A DNA stretch of 64,000 bases from Lama guanicoe (taxonomy: Eukaryota): the NCBI GenBank assembly GCA_013239625.1, contig MU053652.1:2544001-2608000 (forward strand), given 5' to 3'. Shown piece after piece: positions 12,086 to 24,280 of the stretch. The notes below the pieces were generated by a model, which saw only the letters and a list, made by a program, of their open reading frames with translations, ran no database searches and had not been told where the DNA came from. The stretch's first letter is position 1; every line of letters starts with the position of its first letter. The position numbers and the translations under genes are program-made.

Positions 12086-14582
12086 TTTTTTTTTTTTTGA
12101 GTTGAGAATTTATTGAGTGCTTACTATGTCGGACACTGGACAAAGCTCTTTTTTTTTTTTAAGATAGAATCTCTCTTTAATTCAGAATTAAAATAGATGC
12201 GTGCCTGGTATTATCAATAAGTTTATCTAAGTGTTGCACATATTATCTTGACTTTTAACTTTTTTTAAAATTCCATCTGCTACTTTATTTTTTTTAATTT
12301 TTTATTGAGTTATAGTCATTTTATAATTTTGTGTCAAATTTCAGTGTAGAGCAATTTTTCAGTTATACATGAACATACATACATTCATTGTGACATTTTT
12401 TTCACTGTGAGCTACCACAAGATCTTGTATATATTTCCCTGTGCTATACAGTATAATCTTGTTTATCTAGTTTACATTTTTAAATCCCAATCTGTCCCTT
12501 CCCACCCCCCACCCCCTTGGCAACCACAAGTTTGTATTTTACGCCTATGAGTGTTTCTGTTTTGTATTTATGTTCTTTTTTTTAGATTCCACATATGAGC
12601 AATCTCATATGGTATTTTTCTTTCTCTTTCTGGCTTACTTCACTTAGAATGACATTCTCAGGAACACCCATGTTGCTGCAAATGGCATTATGTTGTCAGT
12701 TTTTATGGCTGAGTAGTATTCCATTGTATAAATATACCACATCTTCTTTATCCAGTCATCTGTTGTTGGACATTTAGGCTGTTTCCATGCCTTGGCTATT
12801 GTAAATAGTGCTGCTATGAACATTGGGGTGCAGGTGTCATCCTGAAGTAGGGTTCCTTCTGGATATATGCCCAGGAGCGGGATTCCTGGGTCATATGGTA
12901 AGTCTATTTCTAGTCTTTTGAGGAATCTCCATCCTGTTTTCCACAGTGGCTGCACCAAACTGCATTCCCACCAGCAGTGTAGGAGGGTTCCCTTTTCTCC
13001 ACAGCCTCTCCAGCATTTGTCATTTGTGGACTTTTGAATGATGGCCAGTCTGACTGGTGTGAGGTGATACCTCATTGTAGTTCTGATTTGCATTTCTATG
13101 ATAATTAGTGATATTGAGCATTTTTTCATGTGCCTATTGATCATTTGTATTTCTTCCTTGGAAATTGCTTGTTTAGGTCTTCTGCCCATTTTTGGATTGG
13201 GTTGTTTGTTTTTTTCTTATTAAGTCATAACAGGTGCATATATATTCTGGAGATCAAGACTTTGTCGGTTTCATTTGCAAAAATTTTCTCCCATTCCGTA
13301 GGTTGTCATTTTGTTTTACTTATGGTTTCCTTTGCTGGTTTATATAAAGTAAGTCATTAAATCCTGTAACCTGTTAAAAACTCTCACCAAAGTGGGTATA
13401 GAGGGAACATATCTTTTATTTATTCTTGCTTTTATTTCTATAGCTTGGGCAGACTGCCCTAGGAGAATATTTCTGAGATGTATATCAGATAATGTTTTGC
13501 CTATGTTTTCTTCTAGGAGGTTTACTGTTATCTTGTCTTATGTTTAAGTCTTTGATCCATTTTGAGTTTATCTTTGTGTATGGTGTAAGGGCGTGTTCTA
13601 GCTTCATTGCTTTACATGCTGCTGTCCAGTTTTCCCAACACCATTTGCTGAAGAGACTGTCCTTATTCCATTGTATATTCTTGCCTCCTTTNNNNNNNNN
13701 NNNNNNNNNNNNNNNNNNNNNNNNNNNNNNNNNNNNNNNNNNNNNNNNNNNNNNNNNNNNNNNNNNNNNNNNNNNNNNNNNNNNNNNNNNNNNNNNNNNN
13801 NNNNNNNNNNNNNNNNNNNNNNNNNNNNNNNNNNNNNNNNNNNNNNNNNNNNNNNNNNNNNNNNNNNNNNNNNNNNNNNNNNNNNNNNNNNNNNNNNNNN
13901 NNNNNNNNNNNNNNNNNNNNNNNNNNNNNNNNNNNNNNNNNNNNNNNNNNNNNNNNNNNNNNNNNNNNNNNNNNNNNNNNNNNNNNNNNNNNNNNNNNNN
14001 NNNNNNNNNNNNNNNNNNNNNNNNNNNNNNNNNNNNNNNNNNNNNNNNNNNNNNNNNNNNNNNNNNNNNNNNNNNNNNNNNNNNNNNNNNNNNNNNNNNN
14101 NNNNNNNNNNNNNNNNNNNNNNNNNNNNNNNNNNNNNNNNNNNNNNNNNNNNNNNNNNNNNNNNNNNNNNNNNNNNNNNNNNNNNNNNNNNCATTAGTGT
14201 AATAAAAATAATTTTTGAACGTTAATCTTGTAACCTGCTACCTTGCTGAATTCTTCGATTATTTCTAGTAGTTTTTGTGTGGACTTTTTAGGGTTTTCTA
14301 TATATAGTATCATGTCATCTGCAATATAGTGACACTTTTACCTCTTCCTTTCCAATTTGGATCCCATTTATTTCTCTCTCTTGACTGACTGCTGTGGCTA
14401 GGACTTCCAAGACTATGTTGAATAGGAGTGATGACAGTGGGCAGCCTTGTCTTGTTCCAGATTTTAGTGGGAAGCTTTTGAGTTTTTCATCGTTGAGTAC
14501 TGTGCTGGTTGTAGGTTTGTCATATATAGCTTTTATTATGTTGAGGTATGTTCCCTCTATACCCACTTTGGTGAGAGTTTTT
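12086..14582 (-). mobile_element. Young 5'-truncated L1 (sense to MKLN1) with 3' transduced sequence and a 17-bp TSD
   Basis: ORFs 14315..14566 ([10 protein letters not shown]...GTRQGCPLS) and 12644..13189 (ORF2 C-terminus); TSD AACAGGTTACAGGATTT at 12072-12088 and 14583-14599; target reads TTT/AA, an L1 endonuclease-type site. Confidence 0.95.
13692..14191. other. Assembly gap (500 N) within L1
   Basis: Run of N. Confidence 1.
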
Positions 14583-15129
14583 AACAGGTTACAGGATTTA
14601 ATGACTTACTTGATATAAACCAGAAAACTTGAGGCTGTCTTTTTAAAAACTCTCCCATTAATTGAAATATATTACTTTAGCCACTAACTTTTCCTGTATC
14701 AGTTTTCTCCTATATAAAATAGAGAACAACCAACTTTTTACTATTTCACATGGGTATTAGGAAAAAGACTGAAAAGCCAGTTTTTATATATAGTAAATAA
14801 GATGCAAAACTAAAGCTTTATTCAAGTGTTAATCTTTCAGAAGTTTCCTGCAAATTCTTTCTCCTATGTATTAGTTAGGTTTAGATTTTGCAGCTCATAA
14901 TTGGTGAAGTTTTACCCTTTTCTTCCTTCTTTCCCTCAGTCAATAAAGTCAGTACTGCCACTTCCAAGGACATACTAAGAAAACACTAAAATAAATTTAT
15001 TGTCAATATGTTTGCATTTTATATTTTGATCTATTAGGTTTCAAATATAGAACTACAGTCTGTTTGCTACAACATACACTTCTTTGAAGAAAATTACCTC
15101 ATGTGACTGATAAAATAGGAAAATGATCC

Positions 15130-15720
15130 TTACGTAACTCAGAGATTATGGAGGTTTCTAAGTAATTTTCTCCAGTATATTAATGTTTAAAACTATCAAA
15201 AGCAAGCTTTCTCACAATTAAAGAGAAGGCCTTAGCAATATATGAAGACCATAGGAAACAAGCTGAACATTCATAAAACTGCCTTCCTTTAGTACAAGTA
15301 GTTGCATTAAAGAATTGCTAACTTTCCACCATGTTAACCATCTTGTCGACAAAGCAGTGAGTGCAGATGAAGAAGTGACAGAAACTTCTCCTATATCAAA
15401 AAGTGGATTAATGAGGAATTCTACACCCCTGAACCAGATTTTAAGTTCTGATAAAAATAGTCTTTATTAGAAGCAAATGTCCTCTAGGTCTATAGCTCAA
15501 AGAAAGAAGCATGAACCCTAGGGTTTAAGGCTCCAAAATCATTGTGATGCTCAATATAAATGCCTATAAAGATTTAACTGTACTAGTATTTATTTTTACT
15601 AGTATCTAGTTATAAAGTTCCACAGATTTAGAATGGTATGTCCCATTTCTACTTTTCTACTAAGCCTTATTAGCTTTAGTAAGCAATTTTGCAGAACTTA
15701 AGGTTTTTCAGGGACACATG
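15130..15720 (+). mobile_element. Highly decayed Tigger/pogo-type DNA transposon fragment
   Basis: Degenerate transposase-like pieces (agtgcagatgaagaag; cagattttaagttctgataaaaatagtctttattagaagcaaatg resembling QIFN.DETGL.WK.M; ccctagggtttaaggct). Confidence 0.5.
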
Positions 15721-15941
15721 TTTGGCATTACAAAAGCCTATAATTTTAAAGTGTCTCTATATAAGCAGTTTATGATGGTATTCTGTGCAACAACTGCCCA
15801 GCCTTCTGATATAGCCATAAAGCAAAAAGGTTTAAAAGAAAGATTTAATATAACAAATTAACTCTGTCATCTAGTTGAGGAACCTATTCTCTGTTTTACA
15901 CACCTGCTATTCATTAATGGAGTACTGTGAAACTTGAGCTA

Positions 15942-16118
<177 letters not shown>

Positions 16119-16509
16119 TTAACAGCTTACACTTTTAATATAGCAAAAAATACCAAAATGTAGCAGCCTACATTAAAGATACTAGTATGTCACTAATATA
16201 ATAGCACATTATTATAAAATACAGCATCACTTCAGTTTTCCAGCTGCCTCAAACATAAATAGCAAAGTATTAGCTGACACCATCATGTAGACAAATTGCT
16301 TGAGTGGCAGCTCATACTAAACCTACTAAGTTTTCCCCATTTTTGTCACTACTACATAAGAAAGCTAGAGAAGGAAATCAGAGCTCCAACAACTTTGGTC
16401 TAGGCCCCTGTATCTTCAGGAAAAAGCAAAACTAATCCTTAAAAGTGGAAAATGCCATTTTTACAGTGTGAGTACAAAACTGGACAGAGATAAAAATACC
16501 AGTAATAGT

Positions 16510-16700
16510 TATGTATTTACTGAATACTGAATGTTAGAATCTGTACTCTCTTATCTATCTGATTTAACTCTAAAATAACTTTATTAGGCATTATCACCTT
16601 CATTTTATAGATGTGGAAATGCCTATTTAGAGAAATTAATACATTTAACTCAAATCACACAGCTCATAAGTGGTGGGGCTGGGACTCATCTCACTATGCT
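16510..16700. mobile_element. MIR SINE
   Basis: attatcaccttcattttatagatgtggaaat...tcacacagctcataagtgg core. Confidence 0.7.
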
Positions 16701-16849
16701 TTACTTATGCCTGAATCTGTTTCATTAATAAATTCATTATCTTCCTCTTAAGAGGAGTTGTTACACTATAGTAACTAGTTGTTACATTAGGAACTATGAT
16801 GGTTATGGAGACTGAACTCCACACATAAATACATTCTACACTGAATTAT

Positions 16850-17240
16850 TAAACCCTAATCCTGTGCCCCTCAACAAAGATTAGTTTAAGAATGGTAGGG
16901 AACCCAATTCTGGCTAATGAAACAAGAGGATCTTCTGGGGGGACTTCAAGGAAATGTTTCCTTACTTTTAAATGGACGTACAGAGAAGAAAAATCTACTT
17001 ATTCCTTTGGAAATTTTATTATTTGTATGTAATGTACACAACGGCTACAGCCCTTTTGCAGAGGTATGAGAATAAAGTCAACTCTGTGATGATCACAGGG
17101 CAGACAGAGATACAGAAACTGGATCACTGAATTAACTAGCAATGAAATCTATCTTACTGCTGGACTTCTTGTTAAATGATAAAATAAAATTTCCTTACTT
17201 TTTAAACTAGGGTTTTCCCTTACATGAGCCCAAACAGATT
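16850..17240. mobile_element. Old MaLR (MLT1-like) LTR
   Basis: acccaattctggctaatgaaa, tggacttcttgttaaatgataaaataaa, gggttttcccttacatgagcc motifs. Confidence 0.6.
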
Positions 17241-19453
17241 ATAATTTAGAGAGTTACTTTTACTGTAAATTCTGTCATTTGACTCTGATTTCAATCTGAA
17301 CAAAGGATTCCCTTTTGCTTCATTTAGTCACTGAAAGCAAATACTTTTCCAAAGAATTTATAAGTAAAACTGTATATTCTTTGTGACTTGTATACTTGCC
17401 AGAGATTGTAATTTACAGAAGCTTCTCTAATCTCTTTCTTTTCTGGGTAATGCAGAAGCTCAACTGTAACCATTTTCAAGTCTTTTCAGATAGCTTTAAC
17501 TGAAAACCTCCATCCCATAAACTCATCTAGTTTCTTTTTTTAATTTGCCTGTGGGACTTTTAAAAATTATGGCAAAAAGAAAGTTCTAATATTCTTCTCT
17601 CCTTCTTAAATTAGCACTCATGAATTAGCATTTATATTTTAATTGTTAAATTAAGGGGAACAAGTATATTCACAACTTATTTTAGCGAGACTGTTTCTAT
17701 CAAATAATCTACTTTCCCATGGGCTTTTCTGACAATTCCTGCCCCATCCAGCCTTCTCTGGCCAATGTTCTTTTCTCATTACAAGAGTTGAAATCCTTTT
17801 TTTTTTTTCCCAGATAAAATATTGTGGGGCGCCTATTAATAGAAATGATAAGATGATAGTAAAACTATTAATTGTAAATTTAGAATTATACAGAAATAAA
17901 ACACAGAAGTTAAATTTTATTACACTTGAGAAAGGCACATAAAACTTAATCCTTTTTTAAAACCTTAAACAGAAAAGATTAAATTATTTAATATATACTT
18001 ATTTTAAAACATTAATTATACATAATGGTTAACTGACGAGGAGAGAGAAAGAAAACATAAAAGATAGGAATACACTGAGATGAGTAGAAAACTGAGGAAG
18101 ACAGGCAAACTGCAGGCATGAAAAATACAAAGCAAAAATAGAGAAAATTAGGCAAGTAATACATCTCACATTTTTAAAGAGTAAACAATTGCCACATTAC
18201 TTAAGTCCCCTATACTAATTAGTCACACAAGTTTTGATAAGTCAAGTAAGTTCCTTGTCTGTCAAATTGGTGTTTAAGAGTTGGAAAGGGCCTGAGGTTC
18301 CTTCTAAATTTTGGCATACTAGGATCCCACCATTGTTAGAACCAATATATTTACTTAAACTGTGTGTGTCTGGCTGATTCTATCCTATTCATTTAGAAAA
18401 GTCTCCAACTCCTCTTTCCCCTTAAGTCTTCTGTGACTGTTCTCAAAGAGGAATTACAATACACTGGAGGAAATTCTTTTAAGAGCTCCTAAGGTAGTCA
18501 TCACAGGAACAATTAGAATCAGATGAAGAAGCCCCTCCTGATATTAAAGCCATTCTAAACACTGCAGGTAAAATTAAATTCTGTAATTACTTCTTCAATC
18601 AATCCGATCCCCACTCTTAACTAACCTGAAAAGCTTACAAATACTCTACCCATCAAGATTTTTACAGTTTCTCTTCTATCAAACACAACAGTCCTATGAA
18701 AATACTGTCAGGAATTTTCTTTAAAAAAAAAAAAGCAAAACTCTTAAACATTATATAATTTTTGTAAAATCATTTTGTAAATACACACACAGACACACAG
18801 AGGGAAAAAATACAACAGTGACTACATTAAAAAGTTAAAAGTGATTTTCCTTGGATGGCAAGATTAGGATAATCTTGATTTTTTTTCTTTGAACTTCTTG
18901 GTTTTCCCAATTTTTTTGCACTGAGTGCTACAGTTACCAGAAGAAAAGCCAAAAAAACAACTAGATATGTGGAACTCTTATCTACCTAAACTTTGGAAGA
19001 ACTTTGTAACATACTGTTATTACTAATTTAAACTATTTTCATAGACTTTGTTACCCCTGAAATATCTCTTCACAGCTCACTAGACACATTTGCATTTCTA
19101 TAAGCAGTGCTTTGTACACTGACATTAGCTTGTTTTAACAAGGACAAAGAGAGCTAAATATGCATAAGAGATTTACAGTCAAACACACAGAAGAAATTAC
19201 TTCCAAAATTTAAAATATTAAGTACTCCAAACTTAAAATATTAGAAATTATGATGATTTTACTCTAGATAGATAAAATTAATCCTCTCTTGAAGAGTGAT
19301 AGTCAACAGCATAACATCAGACAGGCTCAATATATAATAAATGCTTAGAATGGAAAAAATGGCAGGAGGGTGGAGGGACTTTGCTAGCAACATGGTAGAC
19401 ACTTCCTCTGAGTCATCTTTATGTTACTAAGTTTCTCACATCAAAACAAACTG

Positions 19454-19559
19454 GGGGAGGGTATAGTTCAGTGGTAGAGTACATGCTTAGCATGCAGAAT
19501 AAGGTCCTGGGTTCAATCCCCAGTACCTCCATTAAAATAAAAAAGTAAATTAAACAAAC
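19454..19559 (+). mobile_element. Vic-1-like SINE
   Basis: A and B boxes; TSD AAACAAACTG at 19444-19453 and 19560-19569. Confidence 0.9.
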
Positions 19560-20054
19560 AAACAAACTGTTCCTAAAACTCCTACTTCCAATAAAGCATA
19601 TTCCTAACACATAATGGCACCCTGACAAGTCATACTATTTAACAGAGTAGTCAAGCAAACATTAAAAAAAAATTTGAGGAATTTTTTAATCTGCCTCCCT
19701 CTGTATCAAATAAATTCCTTTTTCTTCAGTAGTCTAAAGGTCACACAGTTCTCTTTGATATCTCTTACTCTTCCTTGGAGACTATTAGAAAACCTGAAGA
19801 GAGGGGTGGCAGGCAGGGTGGGGAGAAAGGAAAGAAAGAAAGAAAACCCAAAGAAAGTAACTCTTTAAAAATCTTACCAAAGAACAAGAGTTGACTTTCA
19901 TTGTCTACCTACTATGTGCAAGACAACACAGAGTCTAACTCATTTACTCCTTAAAATAAATCTATGTAATGGTCATTATTAATTATAGCAAAGATGAGAA
20001 AATTAAGGTTCCAAGAAGTTAATAACATGCACGGACTCTAAATAAAAAGGTATA

Positions 20055-20152
20055 GGGGAGGGGAGGGTATAGCTCAGTGGTAGAGTTTATGCCTAGCATG
20101 CAGGAGGTCCTGGGTTCAGTCCCTAGTACCTCCACTTCAAAAAAAAAAAAAA
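20055..20152 (+). mobile_element. Vic-1-like SINE (short tail)
   Basis: ggggagggtatagctcagtggtagag...ggtcctgggttcagtccctagtacctcc then poly(A); flanks aaggtata and aagtataa. Confidence 0.9.
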
Positions 20153-21394
20153 GTATAAAGTCCAATTCCAAAGTTCAAAATCTTTTCTAGTCTTCATAGA
20201 CTGCACGCGAATAAAGACCCACACATATAAATTACTAACACACAAATAATAATTTTTAAATTACAATCTAAAACAGTATAGTAACAGACATGGCAAAATT
20301 TACCCGTTCAATAACACTTGAAAAAAAGCAAGACTCTGGGAAACAAAACTCATACCAGATCATTCTACTACAATAATGAAGAAATCCACTATAATAAGAG
20401 GCTAAACTAAAGCAGTTGAAATATATCATTCATAATTTAAAGGAAAACATGTAATGCCTCTCTTAAATAAAGATCTACTGGCTACTATGGCTAAAGTTTA
20501 CTTTCTATGTTTCATTTCTTCTCTAGAATACTGGTCTGCCACTACTCCAGATCACTTTCTTACCAGAGCATTCCTGTCAGTTGGAAGTTGTTCCAGACAA
20601 GAAATGACTCATTCGAGAAGTTAGCTGTTAAGCAAAAACCAAAATAAAACAAAACAGAACACCTGTTTTGGAGAAATCATGGCTTACCATAAGACACAAA
20701 AGCTAGAAACATAAATTCTAGTCCTCTCACATCTCTCTTACTACTTATTCAACTCTATTTAATTAACTTCTCAATATGCTTTCATTTATAATATTAAACC
20801 ATCTAACCACTTCAAACAAAAAAGGACTTAAAGAAAAAACTATGTTGTACTTTGCAGAGAAACATGATAAATTGAAGATTAACCTCTATTATTATACATA
20901 GTACTGCCTCTTGCCAGGGAAAGTGGGTATCAATAAATAGCCCAGACCAGATCTGGAACAGGTTACATTTAGTAGCTCTTTTCAATGAAATAACAAGCTT
21001 AAGAATCTTCTCTCATGCCTTCAAAAAGAAAAGTAATAATATAATGTTTTCTTGGTAAACAGTAAGTTATTTCAAATCCATGAGACATGCTAAAAAAACT
21101 TAATTTTTTAATAGAACAAGTTAAATTTTTCATAATCAGTCATAAGCTTGAAATCCTTGAGATGATCAGTAAAAATGCTACAAAACGTTAAAGCCGGGTA
21201 AAGGTTTTTCAACATACGTTGCTTTCAGTATCTTGTTTTAATGTTAAAGAACTTCCTTAAACAAATCTAAAAACAAATGAAAAGGCAATACCTCTGCACC
21301 CAAACAATTTTGCCATGTTCCTTATATTTCTAATTCTTGAAAGGTCTTGCCTTTTGTTTTGGTATACTTGCAGATATATTCTATATGATTCAAC

Positions 21395-21395
<1 letters not shown>

Positions 21396-21462
<67 letters not shown>
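21396..21462 (+). repeat. 67-nt poly(A) tract with one C (poly-U on the MKLN1 pre-mRNA)
   Basis: Direct reading; no SINE or L1 body immediately upstream. Confidence 0.95.
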
Positions 21463-21472
<10 letters not shown>

Positions 21473-22199
21473 CCAAAACAAAAAAACCAGAGGGTTTCTA
21501 CTGAAACAATGACATCCTCATCTACAAAAACATGAGTACACCCATTACACTTTGAAAGTTTCAAAAACCAAAATGTAAGGCATTTAAACATGCCTGTGAA
21601 CTACTTAAAGTTTAAAAAATTACTTCTGTATTTTAAGAAGTCCAACAGTTGCTAATATTTCTATGTGTCTGTTTTTGACAAAAATCTAAAACAAGGAATC
21701 AGAAGGGTCTGACAAAGTAAAACTATCCAAAAGAAATGAAAATATGACTTAAGAGAAAACAAAGACTTAGTTGCTAACAAATTTCAAACCATTTAAAGTC
21801 CTTAGGTCTAATACCATCTCATTTTCCCCCTATGATTATGACTATAATAAACAAACACATTTCATACAGTCCTAATTAGACACAAGCTGTTATTGTCTCT
21901 AACTGTGAATATTTTCTTTAAAACTACATGATTAAAAAAAAAAAGGAAACTTAGGAAAGAAACTTTTATCAAAAGAAAAAAATAATGTTCAAACCTCACA
22001 AAAGATTTTTAAAAAGCAGATTGCAGTATTGCTGCCCATATCCAAACTTTTATCAACATCATTTCTCACCAAAGAGATTATATTAAAAGAAAAAATTAAA
22101 AATTTATTTATAGGGATAGCATGAAAAAACTTTTGATAATTCAAGAATAATGGCTAGGTAAAACAGTTTAAAAAATTGTATACCTGTGGTCTTACTTCT

Positions 22200-24270
22200 A
22201 GACTCATCATAAATAAAATATAAACACAGTGTGTTACTTCCAAATGAATAAATATAAAAGTGAAAAAATTAAAAAGTAAAGAAAGGTAAGAGACAACAAC
22301 CAAAAAGAAGAAATAAAGAACAGACATGACAAATAACATTAAGTAAAATGGTAGGTTTAAACCCATATATTTACCAGTAATTCAATCACGTAAATGCTAT
22401 AAATGTTCAAATCAAAAGAAAGTAGATTTTAAGAAATTCCAGCTAAATTTACAGGAGATATTTCTTTGAAAAAAGGGTGCAGAAAATTTGAAAATAAAAG
22501 ATGGAAAAAAGATACATTACGTAAATACTTATCGAATGAAAGCAGATATATTAATGTAAGACAATTGATTTATGCCCTGAGGCTAAAAAAATTCCTAGAG
22601 ATAAAAACATGCTTTAAGATAAAAGATTTTATTCAAAATAAAAGAATTTAAATTTTGTATGCATCTAGAAACATTGCTTTAAGATACATAAAGCAAAAAC
22701 TGACAGAACTATAAGAACAGAGAGACAATTCCATAATCATAGTAGGAAGCATTAACATAAGCATTTTCTTAGTAATTGAGAGAATCAGGCAGAAAATATT
22801 ATTGGCAAAGCAGATTTATGCAACGTAATTAACAAACTGGACCAAACAGACATATATAATAAATTGCACCAACAATTAAAGAATTTGTTTTCTGTCTAAG
22901 TGTACCTGATATGTTTATAAAAACTGAAGAGAGTGGGCCATATGGTCTTACCAAATTTCAAAGAACTGTAATGGTACAAAATATGTGCTCGTGCTCTGAC
23001 CACTATGTGTTTATGTTAGAAATCAGTAGCAAGGAAAAGAGCCAGAAAAATCTTTATGTATTTGGAAATTAAAAATTATATATTTCTATGTAACTATGCC
23101 TCACAAAAGAACTGCAGCATTTCATAATAAAATTACTGAACAAAAACAAAAATACTTCCTAGCACAACTAAAATATAAGTAGAGACAAATTTATATACTT
23201 AAATGCAGTTATGGGAGAATAACAAAGTCTGAAAATTAGTAGGCTAAGCATTCATCTCAGTAAGTTATAAAAAACACATTAACCTCAAAGAGATAAAGAC
23301 AACATTAAACATTAAGTATAAATCAAGGACATAAAGGTTAACATGAAGAATCAAACCAGAAGTTGATTCCCTCAAAAGATCAGTGAACTTGATAAACTTA
23401 CATGAAAGTGATGGGGGGGAAGAATTAATAAATAACCAATATAAGAAATGAAAAAAGACATCACCAGAAATTCTACAAACATTAAACAGTTAATAAGCAA
23501 ATATAAGGTATACTTTCATGGCCATAAGTTTGAAATTTTAGATGAAACTGACAAATAACCAGAAAATGATAACTTGTTAAAAGCTCGACAAACCAACCAA
23601 ACAACTCTGAATAGTCCTACAACAAAGTTTAAAGAAATTCAATTGGTAGGCAAAGAATACTCCCCCAAGCAAATCCCAAGCAGCTAGTTCGATGGTAAAT
23701 TCAACCAAGTATCTGAGAAAGAAATAATTCAAATCTTACATCTATTCAGAAAATTGGAAGAAAAAGTTAATTCCTCAACCCATTATGTGGACAAAGATAC
23801 TAAACTTGAAGAATTTAAGAGAAAGAAATATTACAAGGTCAATCTTACTAATAATCATTGGAAGAATTCTAAGAAAACATTACTCAACCTAAATCCAAAA
23901 TACGCCAAAAAATATATGACACAGTTAAGTATATATGAAGTATAACATCAGAAAATCAATTACTATGATTTCACATATTAGTAGAGTAGGAAAATCATAT
24001 CATGAAAGGTAGATAAAAAGTGGCAAAATTCAGTATGTATTTATGGCATAAACTCTAAGCAATCTTGGAATCTGACATGGAATCTCCAAAGCCCCAGATC
24101 AAAGACATCTTTAACAATGAAATGCAGAAAGTATTTCTTTAGAGATCATGAACTACACAGGGGTATCCACTATAATTATGCCATGGCAAACTTGTATTAA
24201 ATATTCTGTCCAAAAGATTAAACACAAGAGGGAAAAAGGTATCAGGGTTGGAAAGAAAAATGTGTCATTA
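22200..24270 (+). mobile_element. Ancient L1 (L1M) ORF2 remnants
   Basis: A-rich, decayed EN and RT-like motifs (ttttgtatgcatctagaaacattgcttt, ctctgaccactatg...ttagaaatcag); similar sequence at ~25312-25870. Confidence 0.7.
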
Positions 24271-24280
24271 CACCTAAGTA

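Noticed and set aside
13492..14225. Long ORFs of 184-236 aa
   Set aside because: They read through the N gap
20060..20135. tRNA-like sequences with A and B boxes (also at 11094, 19454, 47348, 58863, 62919)
   Set aside because: A-rich tails, TSDs and divergence among copies identify them as SINEs, not tRNA genes
21257..21512. Poly-Phe and poly-Lys ORFs
   Set aside because: Translation of the mononucleotide A/T tract; not independent genes
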